Part shown: positions 55,538-63,992 of the stretch, one piece after another
Layout: every line of letters starts with the position of its first letter
Position numbering within the stretch: the stretch's first letter is position 1
Source: a virus
Direction: 5' to 3' (one strand)
IMG/VR virus record: IMGVR_UViG_3300020170_000001
Span: 32,001-96,000 of that record
Length of the DNA: 64,000 bases
Notes under the pieces: model-generated
What the model was told of the DNA's origin: nothing
Seen by the model: only the letters and a program-made list of their open reading frames with translations
Databases searched by the model: none
Made by a program: the position numbers and the translations under genes

Positions 55538-56838
55538 CAGGGGGCCACCACTTCGGTGATGCGGGCCGCTCCGTTGGCTGACGCCCAGATGCCGCGGAGG
55601 GCACCGGTGTAGCCGAACGGCACCTCGTAGTAGCCGGCTGCGTTGAGCTTGACGGTGTAGGCGGTATTGGATGCCGCGTTGGTGCCCAGAGACAGGTAGA
55701 GCACGGAAGTGGAGTCGTTGGCGACGGTGGCCCCACGCCGGTTGGCGTTGGCGGCCAGCAGCAGCGTGTCGGCGGCGGCGGATGCGACGGTGGCTGGCCC
55801 GTTCCCGGTGACGCTGCCGGACTGACTCGTGACGCTGAGGGCCCCGGCGGCGTCGATGCGGGACTTGCGCCAGGGGTAGGTGCCGTCGGACAGTTGCGTG
55901 GAGAGCCGGGAGATATCGAGCACGCTCATGCCGGAGACGGTGAAGACGCCGGTTCCGGTGACCGTGGCGCTGTTGAGTCGGTGCATCCGGAACGGCAGCA
56001 TCTGGGTCACCTCGGCGGTGAAACAGGTGGCGACCGCGTTTTCGATGTCGTCGATGTAGAAGAAGACGACGTTTCCGCGGGCCTGCATGAAGTACAGGTG
56101 TGGCAGACCGTCGGCTGGCATGGTCAGCACGGTGGTGAAGACGCGCGTTCCGGTGTTGTAGACGCTGGCCCGTAGCGTCCCGCCGCCGTCGACCTCGAAG
56201 CCGACAGCGTCGGTGAGCGGGGCCGCGTAGGTGCCGACGTTGGCGGGCGCGGTGCCGAGACCCCAGAACCGGTGGGTGCCGGTTGCGACCGGCGTGGCCT
56301 CGAAGGTGATCATCCCGCCGAGGGCGATGGAGGTGTTGATCGGGATGATCGGCTGGCTGGCGACGGCGACGGTCGCGTTGGCGGTCGACGCCGGGTTGAG
56401 GCTGACGCTGCCCTGAGCCTGGGCGGCGGCGACGCTGCCGTAGGTGTTCCACCGGTTGACGGTGTCGAAGGTGCCGCCGTCGAAGATGTCGGTGAAGGCG
56501 ATGGTCGGGTCGAGAACGACCTGTGCTGCGCCGAAGGCGTCGGTGGCGCTGAGTGCGACTTTGAGTTCGCCGAGGGCGGTGACGTCGGCGGTGTTGCCGG
56601 ATACGCCCTTGAGGGCGTTGACAACGACCGGATTAATCGTCAGCGGGGAACTGCTGAGCGCGACCTTGAGTTCGCCGATCGCCGTAACGTCGACGGTGTT
56701 GCCTGATGGTCCTTTGAGCGCATTGACGGTGATCGGGTTGACGGTCAATGCGGAGTTGTTGACGGAGACTTTCAGTTCACCGGCTGACGTGACCGCCGCT
56801 GTGTCGACCGAGTTCCCGCTCTTGATCACAATGGACAT
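55537..56838 (-). CDS. Virion structural protein with three N-terminal repeats
   Basis: Three copies of LKGxSGNTxDVTAxGELKV, then a lectin-like beta domain. Confidence 0.65.
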   Translation of the reverse strand: MSIVIKSGNSVDTAAVTSAGELKVSVNNSALTVNPITVNALKGPSGNTVDVTAIGELKVALSSSPLTINPVVVNALKGVSGNTADVTALGELKVALSATDAFGAAQVVLDPTIAFTDIFDGGTFDTVNRWNTYGSVAAAQAQGSVSLNPASTANATVAVASQPIIPINTSIALGGMITFEATPVATGTHRFWGLGTAPANVGTYAAPLTDAVGFEVDGGGTLRASVYNTGTRVFTTVLTMPADGLPHLYFMQARGNVVFFYIDDIENAVATCFTAEVTQMLPFRMHRLNSATVTGTGVFTVSGMSVLDISRLSTQLSDGTYPWRKSRIDAAGALSVTSQSGSVTGNGPATVASAAADTLLLAANANRRGATVANDSTSVLYLSLGTNAASNTAYTVKLNAAGYYEVPFGYTGALRGIWASANGAARITEVVAP

Positions 56839-56851
56839 GCAGGTGTTGCTC

Positions 56852-57202
56852 CTATCCCATCGCGTTGATCAGGTAGCGGCCCCACGTGTCGTGGGGTGCG
56901 TAGGCGACGATGTCGAAGCCGACGCCGGGCACCAGATTCGTCGAATACGCGGTGATCCCCTCGATAGCGGCATCGAGTGGATCGTGGTCGGCTGTCGGTG
57001 TGCCGGCAATCGAGCAGACAATCGTCGAGTTCGCGCTGACCCAGGACGCGGCGACGGTGACAGTGGCGATGTCACTCTCCCCGCCGTTCGCATGCCCGAA
57101 GTCGACGGTGGCCTGCGCCTTTCGGACGAGACCACCGTCGTCTTCTAATACGACCTTCTTGCCGTTGAATTGCGGCCAGGACGCGAATCGACGGAACGAC
57201 AT
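56852..57202 (-). CDS. Virion structural protein
   Basis: 116-aa beta-rich ORF coupled to the upstream gene. Confidence 0.6.
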   Translation of the reverse strand: MSFRRFASWPQFNGKKVVLEDDGGLVRKAQATVDFGHANGGESDIATVTVAASWVSANSTIVCSIAGTPTADHDPLDAAIEGITAYSTNLVPGVGFDIVAYAPHDTWGRYLINAMG

Positions 57203-58347
57203 CAGCCCAGGACGACGACCCGCAGGCTGCCGGCCTGCATGGAGACGTCGGGGTAGACGGCGATGGTGTTCGCGGCGGTGGTCGCCCAGTCGAGGTCGAT
57301 GACCCGGCTGTCGTCGGTCGTCTTGAAGGACACGGTGACATCGGTGGTGTCGAGGCCGTGGGTGATCGTGTAGGTGACTCCGGCGGAGATCGCGCCGAGG
57401 TCTCCGGCGTACTTGGTGACCGCGCCGAGGTTGGCGCGGGCGTCTAGGGCGGTGGTGGCACCGGTTCCACCGTTGGCGACCGAGACGGGCGCGTCGAGGG
57501 AGAAGGTGGTGCCGTTGATCAGCAGCCCGTTGCCGGCGGTGTAGGTCTGGCCGCCGATGGCGAAGATCCGCCAGTCCTGCGTCCAGCTGCCGGGCACGCC
57601 GCCGCTGGTCGTCTCCTGCATGTACTGGTAGTTCGCGCTGGTGCCCTCGGCGACGGCGACCACGGCACCGTCGACAATGTCGCCTGCGCTGTCGGCGTCA
57701 TCGGCGAGCGTGGCGGCCGTCGAGGGGCCGTTCCAGACGTAGATGCCGTTCTGGGTGCCGTTGTTCTGGGCGCGGGCGAGGAACCGGTCGCCGGTGTTCA
57801 TGGCGATGCCGTCGAGGTTCGCGCCGGGCGTGCTGATGTTGACGTTGCCCTGGGTGACGACCCGGACCGGGTCCTTGACGCTGATGCCGGCGCGCAGGTT
57901 GTCGGCGTAGGCCTTGTTGACGCCGTCGCCGGGGGCGACCGGGGCGGCGAGGTTGGTGAGCCGCACGCCGTTGACGTCGACGTTGTTGGTCGGGGCCGAC
58001 AGCTGGTCCAGGCGCGAGGTGCGGACCTGGGTGTCGAAGTTCGAGATGGTGCTGGCCGGCTGGGTGCCGGTGTGGTTCGAGCGGGCCAGCGGGTCGACGG
58101 CCAGTTTGGACAGCTGAATTCCGGCTGTGCTGGAGATCAGGTTGTCGTTGATGAACCCGGCCGGGATGCTCGTTCCGTCAGAGTTGACCCACTTGGTGCC
58201 GTCCCACCACTTCACCTTCGCCGGGTTGGTGGACGTGTCGGTCCAGAACTGGCCGTATGCCGGGTCGGCCGGTGCAACCGCAGAGGCCTCGACCCGGAAC
58301 TGCCGGACCGGGATCTGCATGAAATCCTGGGCACTGCCGTAACGCAT
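57202..58347 (-). CDS. Fibre/decoration-like protein, large partner 1
   Basis: RSNHTGTQ, LTNLAAP..PGDGVNKAY, VKDPVRV...NGIYVW, C-terminal ITHGLDT domain; paralog of 36167 and 40718. Confidence 0.7.
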   Translation of the reverse strand: MRYGSAQDFMQIPVRQFRVEASAVAPADPAYGQFWTDTSTNPAKVKWWDGTKWVNSDGTSIPAGFINDNLISSTAGIQLSKLAVDPLARSNHTGTQPASTISNFDTQVRTSRLDQLSAPTNNVDVNGVRLTNLAAPVAPGDGVNKAYADNLRAGISVKDPVRVVTQGNVNISTPGANLDGIAMNTGDRFLARAQNNGTQNGIYVWNGPSTAATLADDADSAGDIVDGAVVAVAEGTSANYQYMQETTSGGVPGSWTQDWRIFAIGGQTYTAGNGLLINGTTFSLDAPVSVANGGTGATTALDARANLGAVTKYAGDLGAISAGVTYTITHGLDTTDVTVSFKTTDDSRVIDLDWATTAANTIAVYPDVSMQAGSLRVVVLG

Positions 58348-58358
58348 TTACGGGCTCC

Positions 58359-58757
58359 TCACGCCTTAAGACGGGCAGTGCCCGCGATGGGCACACCAAA
58401 CGTCACCACTACGGTGTTTCTATCGGGCATCGCAATGTCGCCACTGATTGCGAAGCCGTAAAGGTCGTAGAGGGAGACAACCGGGAAGACGTTGAGGTTG
58501 TGCACGATGTACCAGGTGGTCAGAGGCGACGAAAACTGCTGGTCGAAGATGGGCGCGAAGGGGCCTTGCGGGCCTTGTGCGCCTTGTGTGCCTTGGGGCC
58601 CGGAGGCTCCTTGCGGGCCGGCCGGGCCGGTAAGACCGGAGGTGACGATCTGTACGACATCAGTGGTGGGCTCTAGGACCATCACCAGTGCGCCTTCGTC
58701 GTCGCGGACCTCGACGACGCCGACAGATTCGGTGTAGGTGACTACCTCGGCGGTCAC
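58359..58757 (-). CDS. Fibre/decoration-like protein, upstream partner 1, with a short collagen segment
   Basis: GPAGPQGASGPQGTQGAQGPQGP, then the QFSSPLTTWYIVHNL...AGTARL domain. Confidence 0.7.
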   Translation of the reverse strand: MTAEVVTYTESVGVVEVRDDEGALVMVLEPTTDVVQIVTSGLTGPAGPQGASGPQGTQGAQGPQGPFAPIFDQQFSSPLTTWYIVHNLNVFPVVSLYDLYGFAISGDIAMPDRNTVVVTFGVPIAGTARLKA

Positions 58758-59122
58758 GGGACGACGATCTTTTGCTTCACGTCTACTACTACGGAGACGC
58801 GACCCCGCAGAAACCGCCTGACGAAGCCATCCGGTTCGATCAGGTCGAGGTTGTAGTAGGCGATCGGTGGGCTCAGCGCCGCCGTCTGGAACGGGGTCAT
58901 CTCGATGATGATCTGCCCGATCGACGTGAGCGTGATGCCGGCGTTAGTGTCGGTGAGCTCGACATCGGCGGGGGCGAGTTGCTGTCCAACGAGCATCGTC
59001 GCGGCCCAGCCGGTGAAGTCGATGGCATTTGCGCCATCGGGTAGCCAGCGGAACTCACGTCGGTAGCTGGTGCCGCTGTAGACGACGATCTCGTAGTTGA
59101 GCGGCAGCGAGTTGTTCGCCAT
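58754..59122 (-). CDS. Virion structural protein (Ig-like adaptor)
   Basis: IDFTGWAA...YYNLDL...RFLRGRV pattern common in phage fibre adaptors. Confidence 0.6.
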   Translation of the reverse strand: MANNSLPLNYEIVVYSGTSYRREFRWLPDGANAIDFTGWAATMLVGQQLAPADVELTDTNAGITLTSIGQIIIEMTPFQTAALSPPIAYYNLDLIEPDGFVRRFLRGRVSVVVDVKQKIVVP

Positions 59123-59128
59123 GGCGGC

Positions 59129-59611
59129 TCAGCTGTCACTGGCTAGAAAGAGGTCGATCGGGTTCGTTGTGGGTGTGATGGATAGCAGCACCTTGTCGGT
59201 GGCGGTGCGGTGGCACGGCGGGGTGAGGGCGACCAGGCGCAGAAGTTCGGCGTCGTTCAGGTCGAATCGCGTCGCGGCGAGCGTGTGTTCCGCCTTCTTG
59301 CCGGCGGACTTGGCGTGCGATGTGGCGCGGAGCTTTTCCCAGGCCGCGACCGCTTCGGCGGCTTTGGCTTGGGTGTCCTTGTCGACGCCCTTTCCGGTGG
59401 CCCATACCTTGACCCGAGAGACCGCGATGCTGATGGCCTCGGAGGTGGTTTTCCCGGTCTTCTTGATCGCCTTGGCTATACGGCAGATGTAGTCGGGCAG
59501 ACCGCCCGAATCTTGGACCCAGTTAGAGCCGGGCGACTCGTCGAGCGAACAGCCGGCGAAGGCCAGGATGAGGTCCTGGTCTTCGCGGCCGAGTTCCACC
59601 GTGAGGGCCAC
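59129..59611 (-). CDS. Hypothetical head-associated protein
   Basis: NWVQDSGGLPDYICRIAKA...AISIAVSRVKVWA...AAWEKL helical domain. Confidence 0.6.
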   Translation of the reverse strand: MALTVELGREDQDLILAFAGCSLDESPGSNWVQDSGGLPDYICRIAKAIKKTGKTTSEAISIAVSRVKVWATGKGVDKDTQAKAAEAVAAWEKLRATSHAKSAGKKAEHTLAATRFDLNDAELLRLVALTPPCHRTATDKVLLSITPTTNPIDLFLASDS

Positions 59612-59623
59612 CGACGACCCCTC

Positions 59624-60073
59624 TCAGATCTTGACGTTCTCGAAGGCGGCGGCCATGTTGACGAGGACGCTGCTGCGGGTCTTGGGGTCGTTGACCGAGG
59701 CGTTGACGGTGGAGATGATGAGCTGCTGGATCTCGCGGAGCAGAGCCTTGCGCTCCGTTCCGTTCATGACTTCGGTCTTGGTGAGCATCCGGTTGAATTC
59801 CTGCGTCATGGACAGCCAGAAGGTGTTGAAGTCCTTCTGCATCGCGGCGGTGTTGAATCCGCCGGATCCTTCTTTGCTGCGCAGGACGATGTAGTTGTAG
59901 GCGATGCGCTCGATGAGTAGTTGCTGCACCGTGTTCATGGGCAGGTCGGCAGCTTCTTGACGCATGCGGGCGACGAGAACCTCGTAGAGGGCGCGCAGGT
60001 TCTCGTCGGTGATCAGGTCCGGCAGGTAAAAGGCCCGATCGAGTGCGGCGAGGTCATCGGTGCGGCGTGCCAT
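59624..60073 (-). CDS. Probable terminase small subunit
   Basis: 149-aa helical protein at the start of the late operon; assignment rests on position only. Confidence 0.45.
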   Translation of the reverse strand: MARRTDDLAALDRAFYLPDLITDENLRALYEVLVARMRQEAADLPMNTVQQLLIERIAYNYIVLRSKEGSGGFNTAAMQKDFNTFWLSMTQEFNRMLTKTEVMNGTERKALLREIQQLIISTVNASVNDPKTRSSVLVNMAAAFENVKI

Positions 60074-60093
60074 GTTGATTTGTATCGGTTGGA

Positions 60094-60726
60094 TTATTGC
60101 CGAGCGCGAAGCCATCCGTGGGAGTACCAGAGGGGGGTGCCGGCCCGGTAGTGGGGGTGTCGGATGGTGGTGTAGGTGTATCCGAATTGCTCCAGCAGGG
60201 CGATGCAGCTGGAGTGCAGTTCGGAGGAGTGGAATTCGATGAGCAGGTCGGGTCGGTTGATGGCGAGGGTTCGGCGCGCGCCGAACAGGACACGCAGCTC
60301 ATGCCCTTCGACGTCGATCTTGAGGAAGTCGGGGACTGGCAGGGAGCGCTCGGCGACGAGGGTGTCAACAGTGCGGCAGATGACGCGCCGGGTCAGCGCG
60401 CCGGGTCGATCGGGGTCCCATTCCATACCGCGGGTTCCGGCGGTGACCAGCTGCCCGGTGTCGATCTTGTCGGGGAGGGCGACGAGGTCGATGTGTTTGT
60501 CGTTGTCGGACAGGGCGATGGGCAGCCAGCTGACGTTTCCCTGGAAGGTGTCGAGGTAGGGCCAGCATTCTTCGGCCGGTTCGAAGGCGTAGACCTGTTC
60601 GAAGCGTTCGAGCATCAGCGGGAGGGTCTGGCCGCAGTTGGCCCCGACGTCCCAGCCGATGGTTCCGTGGAAGTCTTCCCAGAGGCCGGCCCAGATCTCC
60701 GGCGGGTCGATGGCGGCGGGTTTCAT
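60094..60726 (-). CDS. FkbM-family SAM-dependent methyltransferase
   Basis: WDVGANCG, YAFEP, FLKIDVEGHE; ATG at 60726. Confidence 0.9.
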   Translation of the reverse strand: MKPAAIDPPEIWAGLWEDFHGTIGWDVGANCGQTLPLMLERFEQVYAFEPAEECWPYLDTFQGNVSWLPIALSDNDKHIDLVALPDKIDTGQLVTAGTRGMEWDPDRPGALTRRVICRTVDTLVAERSLPVPDFLKIDVEGHELRVLFGARRTLAINRPDLLIEFHSSELHSSCIALLEQFGYTYTTIRHPHYRAGTPLWYSHGWLRARQ

Positions 60727-60911
60727 GAGTCGTTTGTCGTAGCGCGCAGTCGCTCGATCTCCTCGACCAAGGCCTGCATCACGGGTCGAAAGTCGCCACG
60801 GGGACAGGTGCAGGAGCTTGGCAAGGCAAGATCGCAGGGGGCGCAGAGTTGCAGCCACGGAAGTGCTCGCTCCAGAGGGTCGGCGTTGGGCGGCGTCACA
60901 GGGTTTCCCAC
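60723..60911 (-). CDS. Small Cys-rich hypothetical protein
   Basis: CAPC...CTC; overlaps both neighbours. Confidence 0.55.
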   Translation of the reverse strand: MGNPVTPPNADPLERALPWLQLCAPCDLALPSSCTCPRGDFRPVMQALVEEIERLRATTNDS

Positions 60912-61126
60912 GAGCCGACTTCACGCTTTTGGACGTCGAGATGAGCCAGCACGGCAGGAAGCTTGATTTCGATGGCGGCATAGAAGGCAAGCACAGACTC
61001 AAGCGCTCCCTCGTAGACCACCCAGTCACAGTCGATGAGGTGGATACAGACGGTGCCGTCGTCAGAGACGTGGCTCTCGTCGGGTCCGTCGAGGGCGCGG
61101 GCGAGGATGCGGTACTCGCGGGTCAT
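60896..61126 (-). CDS. Hypothetical protein
   Basis: ATG at 61126 overlapping the dnaX stop. Confidence 0.55.
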   Translation of the reverse strand: MTREYRILARALDGPDESHVSDDGTVCIHLIDCDWVVYEGALESVLAFYAAIEIKLPAVLAHLDVQKREVGSWETL

Positions 61127-62253
61127 GAGAATTTGCTCATGTCGGCGAGGCTGATCTGGTTGTTCGCGGTGGTGGTGGGGCGGGCGGTGGCCGGCGCGAA
61201 GATCTCGCTGAGCATGACGATGACCAGTTCGAGGCTGGAGCGGGCGTCGCCGAGGCGGATCTGGGTCTTCAGTGGCCATAGGACCTTGGTGAGGGCGGCG
61301 ACGACGAGCGGGGTTTCGAGGGCGAGCGCAAGGTTTTGTCGGGCGGCCAGGGCAATGCCGCTTTTGTTGATTTCGCCGCCGCTGCGAAGAACGAGAACGT
61401 CGCGGAGGCAGCCGATGGCGTTGGCGGCGATGGTGTCGGCGTCGGCGACGCGGGTCAGGGCCTCGTCGAGTTTCGTGAATGCGCCTGGCAGGTCGCCGCT
61501 GGTGATGGCGTTGAGGATGGCCGGCGCGTGATCGGTGTGGCCGAGCAGGCGCTGGTATTGCTCGGCCGTGGTCATGCCGGTGTGGGCGACTTGGTCGAGC
61601 AGCATGATGGCATCGCGCATGGCTCCGTCGGCACGTTCGGCGAGCAGCTGCAGTAGACCGTGTTCGACGGGGTAGCCCTCGGCGTGGGCGATGTGGGCGA
61701 GCCGGCAGGTGATGTCGGCGACGGTCAGGCGCTGGAACGTGAACGGGATGCAGCGGCTGGCCACGGTGGACAGGATTTTTGCTGGCTCGGTCGTGAGCAG
61801 GATGAAGTGGGTGTGCGGCGGCGGCTCTTCCAGGGTCTTGAGCAGGGCGTTGAACGCGGCGGTGCTCATCGAGTGCGCTTCGTCGAGGATGACGATGCGG
61901 TGATCGCCGGCGTGCCGGTACATGACCTGCTGGCGCAGGGCGCGGATGTCGTCGACCAGGCCGTTGCTGGCCGCGTCGATCTCGACGACGTCCATGCTGG
62001 AGCCGTCGAAGACGGCTGTGCAGCTGGGGCAGGTGCCGCAGGGTTTGGTGTCGGCGTGGCAGTTGAGTGCGGCGGCCAGGATCCGGGCGGTTGTGGTTTT
62101 GCCGGTGCCGCGGCAGCCGTCGAACAACAGAGCGCTCGGGACTTTCCCGACTTTGATCATCTGTCGGAGGATGATTTGGACAGCGGGCTGGCCGACCAGG
62201 TCGTCGAAGGTCTTGGGACGCCAGGTCAGGGCGAGGGTTTGCACGGCGCTCAC
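61123..62253 (-). CDS. dnaX: DNA polymerase III gamma/tau clamp loader ATPase
   Basis: WRPKTFDDLVGQ, GCRGTGKTT, four-Cys Zn module, EIDAASN, DEAH, NALLKTLEEPP, SRC; GTG at 62253. Confidence 0.93.
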   Translation of the reverse strand: MSAVQTLALTWRPKTFDDLVGQPAVQIILRQMIKVGKVPSALLFDGCRGTGKTTTARILAAALNCHADTKPCGTCPSCTAVFDGSSMDVVEIDAASNGLVDDIRALRQQVMYRHAGDHRIVILDEAHSMSTAAFNALLKTLEEPPPHTHFILLTTEPAKILSTVASRCIPFTFQRLTVADITCRLAHIAHAEGYPVEHGLLQLLAERADGAMRDAIMLLDQVAHTGMTTAEQYQRLLGHTDHAPAILNAITSGDLPGAFTKLDEALTRVADADTIAANAIGCLRDVLVLRSGGEINKSGIALAARQNLALALETPLVVAALTKVLWPLKTQIRLGDARSSLELVIVMLSEIFAPATARPTTTANNQISLADMSKFS

Positions 62254-63038
62254 TCGGCGTTTTCGGCGTCGTTCGGGGCCTCGGCGCTGGCGTCCTGCTG
62301 CTCCTGGGCGGGGTGCGGGATGCTGCGGCCGGTGATGATGCAGCATTCGCCGTCCGCGGCGAGCAGCTCGGCCATGTCATCGCGGCGGATTTTGGCATCG
62401 CCGTTGACGCCCCAGGTGGGGCCCCAGCTGTTGTGCACGGTGTAGTAGCCGGCGTTGACATTGATCCCGGTGACCAGGATGCAGTGGCCGCCGGCCTTGC
62501 CGCCGGTCAGGCGCAGGAAGCCACCGGAGTTCGGGGTGAACATGCCCCGGTACCAGTCGATGCCGATGACCGCCGGGCCGAGGTGGCTGAGGCCGAGGGC
62601 CATCTCCGCCTCGGAGGTTCCCCACCGGTATTCGGTGTAGTAGCCGAGGCTGACGGCGGCCTTGATAGCGAACAGGACCGCTGTGCCGTCGTAGTGGGGG
62701 TTGGCCCCGGGATATGCGCCGCCGGGCCAGGGGTCGCCTTCTTGGGCCGGCCAGTAGATCTTCTCGCGGGCGAAGGCGGCGTCGAGGGCCGGTACGGGGA
62801 CGGGGTTCCAGAGCAACTCGTTGGTGACACCGAAGCCGGTGCACGCTCCTTCTTGTCCTTGGTCGAGGACGGGCGTGCCGGCCGGGGCGTTCCAGTTCCT
62901 GGTCCACAGGGTCTGCTGCTGTGACTCGTCGAGGGCGGCGCGGATGCGGAAGTTCAGGGACTGCGGGTCGAAGGCGGGAATGCGGTCCAGGCGGACATCG
63001 GTGGTGCTAGTGCCGTCCTTGAGGGGGTACTGGGGCAT
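62250..63038 (-). CDS. Papain-like (C1) cysteine peptidase
   Basis: DQGQEGAC, GGHC, NSWGPTWG catalytic motifs; ATG at 63038. Confidence 0.88.
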   Translation of the reverse strand: MPQYPLKDGTSTTDVRLDRIPAFDPQSLNFRIRAALDESQQQTLWTRNWNAPAGTPVLDQGQEGACTGFGVTNELLWNPVPVPALDAAFAREKIYWPAQEGDPWPGGAYPGANPHYDGTAVLFAIKAAVSLGYYTEYRWGTSEAEMALGLSHLGPAVIGIDWYRGMFTPNSGGFLRLTGGKAGGHCILVTGINVNAGYYTVHNSWGPTWGVNGDAKIRRDDMAELLAADGECCIITGRSIPHPAQEQQDASAEAPNDAENAE

Positions 63039-63309
63039 CTGGGCGTCTCCCGATCGACAGCAGCGGCAGCGGCTGAGACGCCGCCAACGCATTCGTCATC
63101 GGTTGGGATGCGGCGCGGCGGACGTCCTCGGGAATCCCTACTGCGCAGTGCCCGTCGCGATTCATGGCGACGGTTTCCAAACGGGTGAATCCGAAGACGT
63201 AGCCGCACACATCGCACTCGAAGTAGGTGTGGTCACCGTCCTGTTCGGGTTCAGCGCGTCCCCTGCACCGGGGATCAGTGCAGGGGACGGTGTCGGCGCT
63301 AGTCGCCAT
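63007..63309 (-). CDS. Zn-ribbon hypothetical protein
   Basis: CTDPRC...CDVC. Confidence 0.6.
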   Translation of the reverse strand: MATSADTVPCTDPRCRGRAEPEQDGDHTYFECDVCGYVFGFTRLETVAMNRDGHCAVGIPEDVRRAASQPMTNALAASQPLPLLSIGRRPDAPVPPQGRH

Positions 63310-63451
63310 CCGGGGAGGTTCCTGGATCAGTGGTGAGCAGGCCGAACACGTCGTCATCGGGGTCGAGCGGCTCGACGAGGTCGTCGACGTCGGTGTTGGA
63401 CGGGTCCTGGCTGTCGCCGGGGGCGGTCTGTGTGGGCTGGTCGTCAGGCAT
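63299..63451 (-). CDS. Small highly acidic protein (50 aa)
   Basis: Manual translation MPDDQPTQTAPGDSQDPSNTDVDDLVEPLDPDDDVFGLLTTDPGTSPDGD; AAGGA SD; fills an intergenic gap. Confidence 0.5.
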   Translation of the reverse strand: MPDDQPTQTAPGDSQDPSNTDVDDLVEPLDPDDDVFGLLTTDPGTSPDGD

Positions 63452-63468
63452 GTGATTGTCCTTCGCTT

Positions 63469-63690
63469 TTAGGGCTGGCGGGCGAGTGCGGCGTTGGCCC
63501 AGAACATGACCTGTTCGAGGTTGGTGATCGCGAGGCTCATCTCACGGCCGTCGGGAACGACGTCGTTGCTGTCGGTCAACGGAATGTCGATGCCCTCGCC
63601 TCGGAAATCGGCGTCCGCCAGGAATTTGATACGTTCGGCGACTTCACCGTCTTGGCGGATTTCGATGACAATGGATTCGATGTCGGTCAA
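63469..63690 (-). CDS. Hypothetical protein
   Basis: REMSLAITNLEQVMFWANAALAR C-terminus; AGGA SD. Confidence 0.6.
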   Translation of the reverse strand: MTDIESIVIEIRQDGEVAERIKFLADADFRGEGIDIPLTDSNDVVPDGREMSLAITNLEQVMFWANAALARQP

Positions 63691-63992
63691 GGAGTCCTCA
63701 GCGTTCGAGTATGGAAGAAGTCGTTGAGATCTTCTTCGGTGGCCATGATCAGCCGGGCGTAGCGGCTGGTGAAGTGGTCGTTGAGTTTGAAGCTGTACTC
63801 GTCCGGAGTGGTCCTAAGCATCCGGTTCCATCGGTACGCGGCCCACAGGAGCTCGATGCCGATCTTCCGGTAGCCGCGATCGCGGAGTTGTCGGGCCATG
63901 GCGACCAGTTCGGTGTAGACACCGGGGTTGGCTTCGTGGAAGTCGCGGAAGCGTTGGTCAATGCTGCGTTGAGTGACCAGCGGGGCGGTCAC
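63687..63992 (-). CDS. Hypothetical phage protein
   Basis: FRDFHEANP...FKLND..TSRYAR; coupled to the next gene. Confidence 0.65.
   Translation of the reverse strand: MTAPLVTQRSIDQRFRDFHEANPGVYTELVAMARQLRDRGYRKIGIELLWAAYRWNRMLRTTPDEYSFKLNDHFTSRYARLIMATEEDLNDFFHTRTLRTP

Noticed and set aside
55038-55736. N-terminal 233 aa of the 1286-aa TerL ORF and similar upstream extensions (11452-12408, 38183-40648, 60094-61029)
   Set aside because: Arg/Pro-rich off-frame translations overlapping genuine upstream genes; coupled downstream starts were chosen instead
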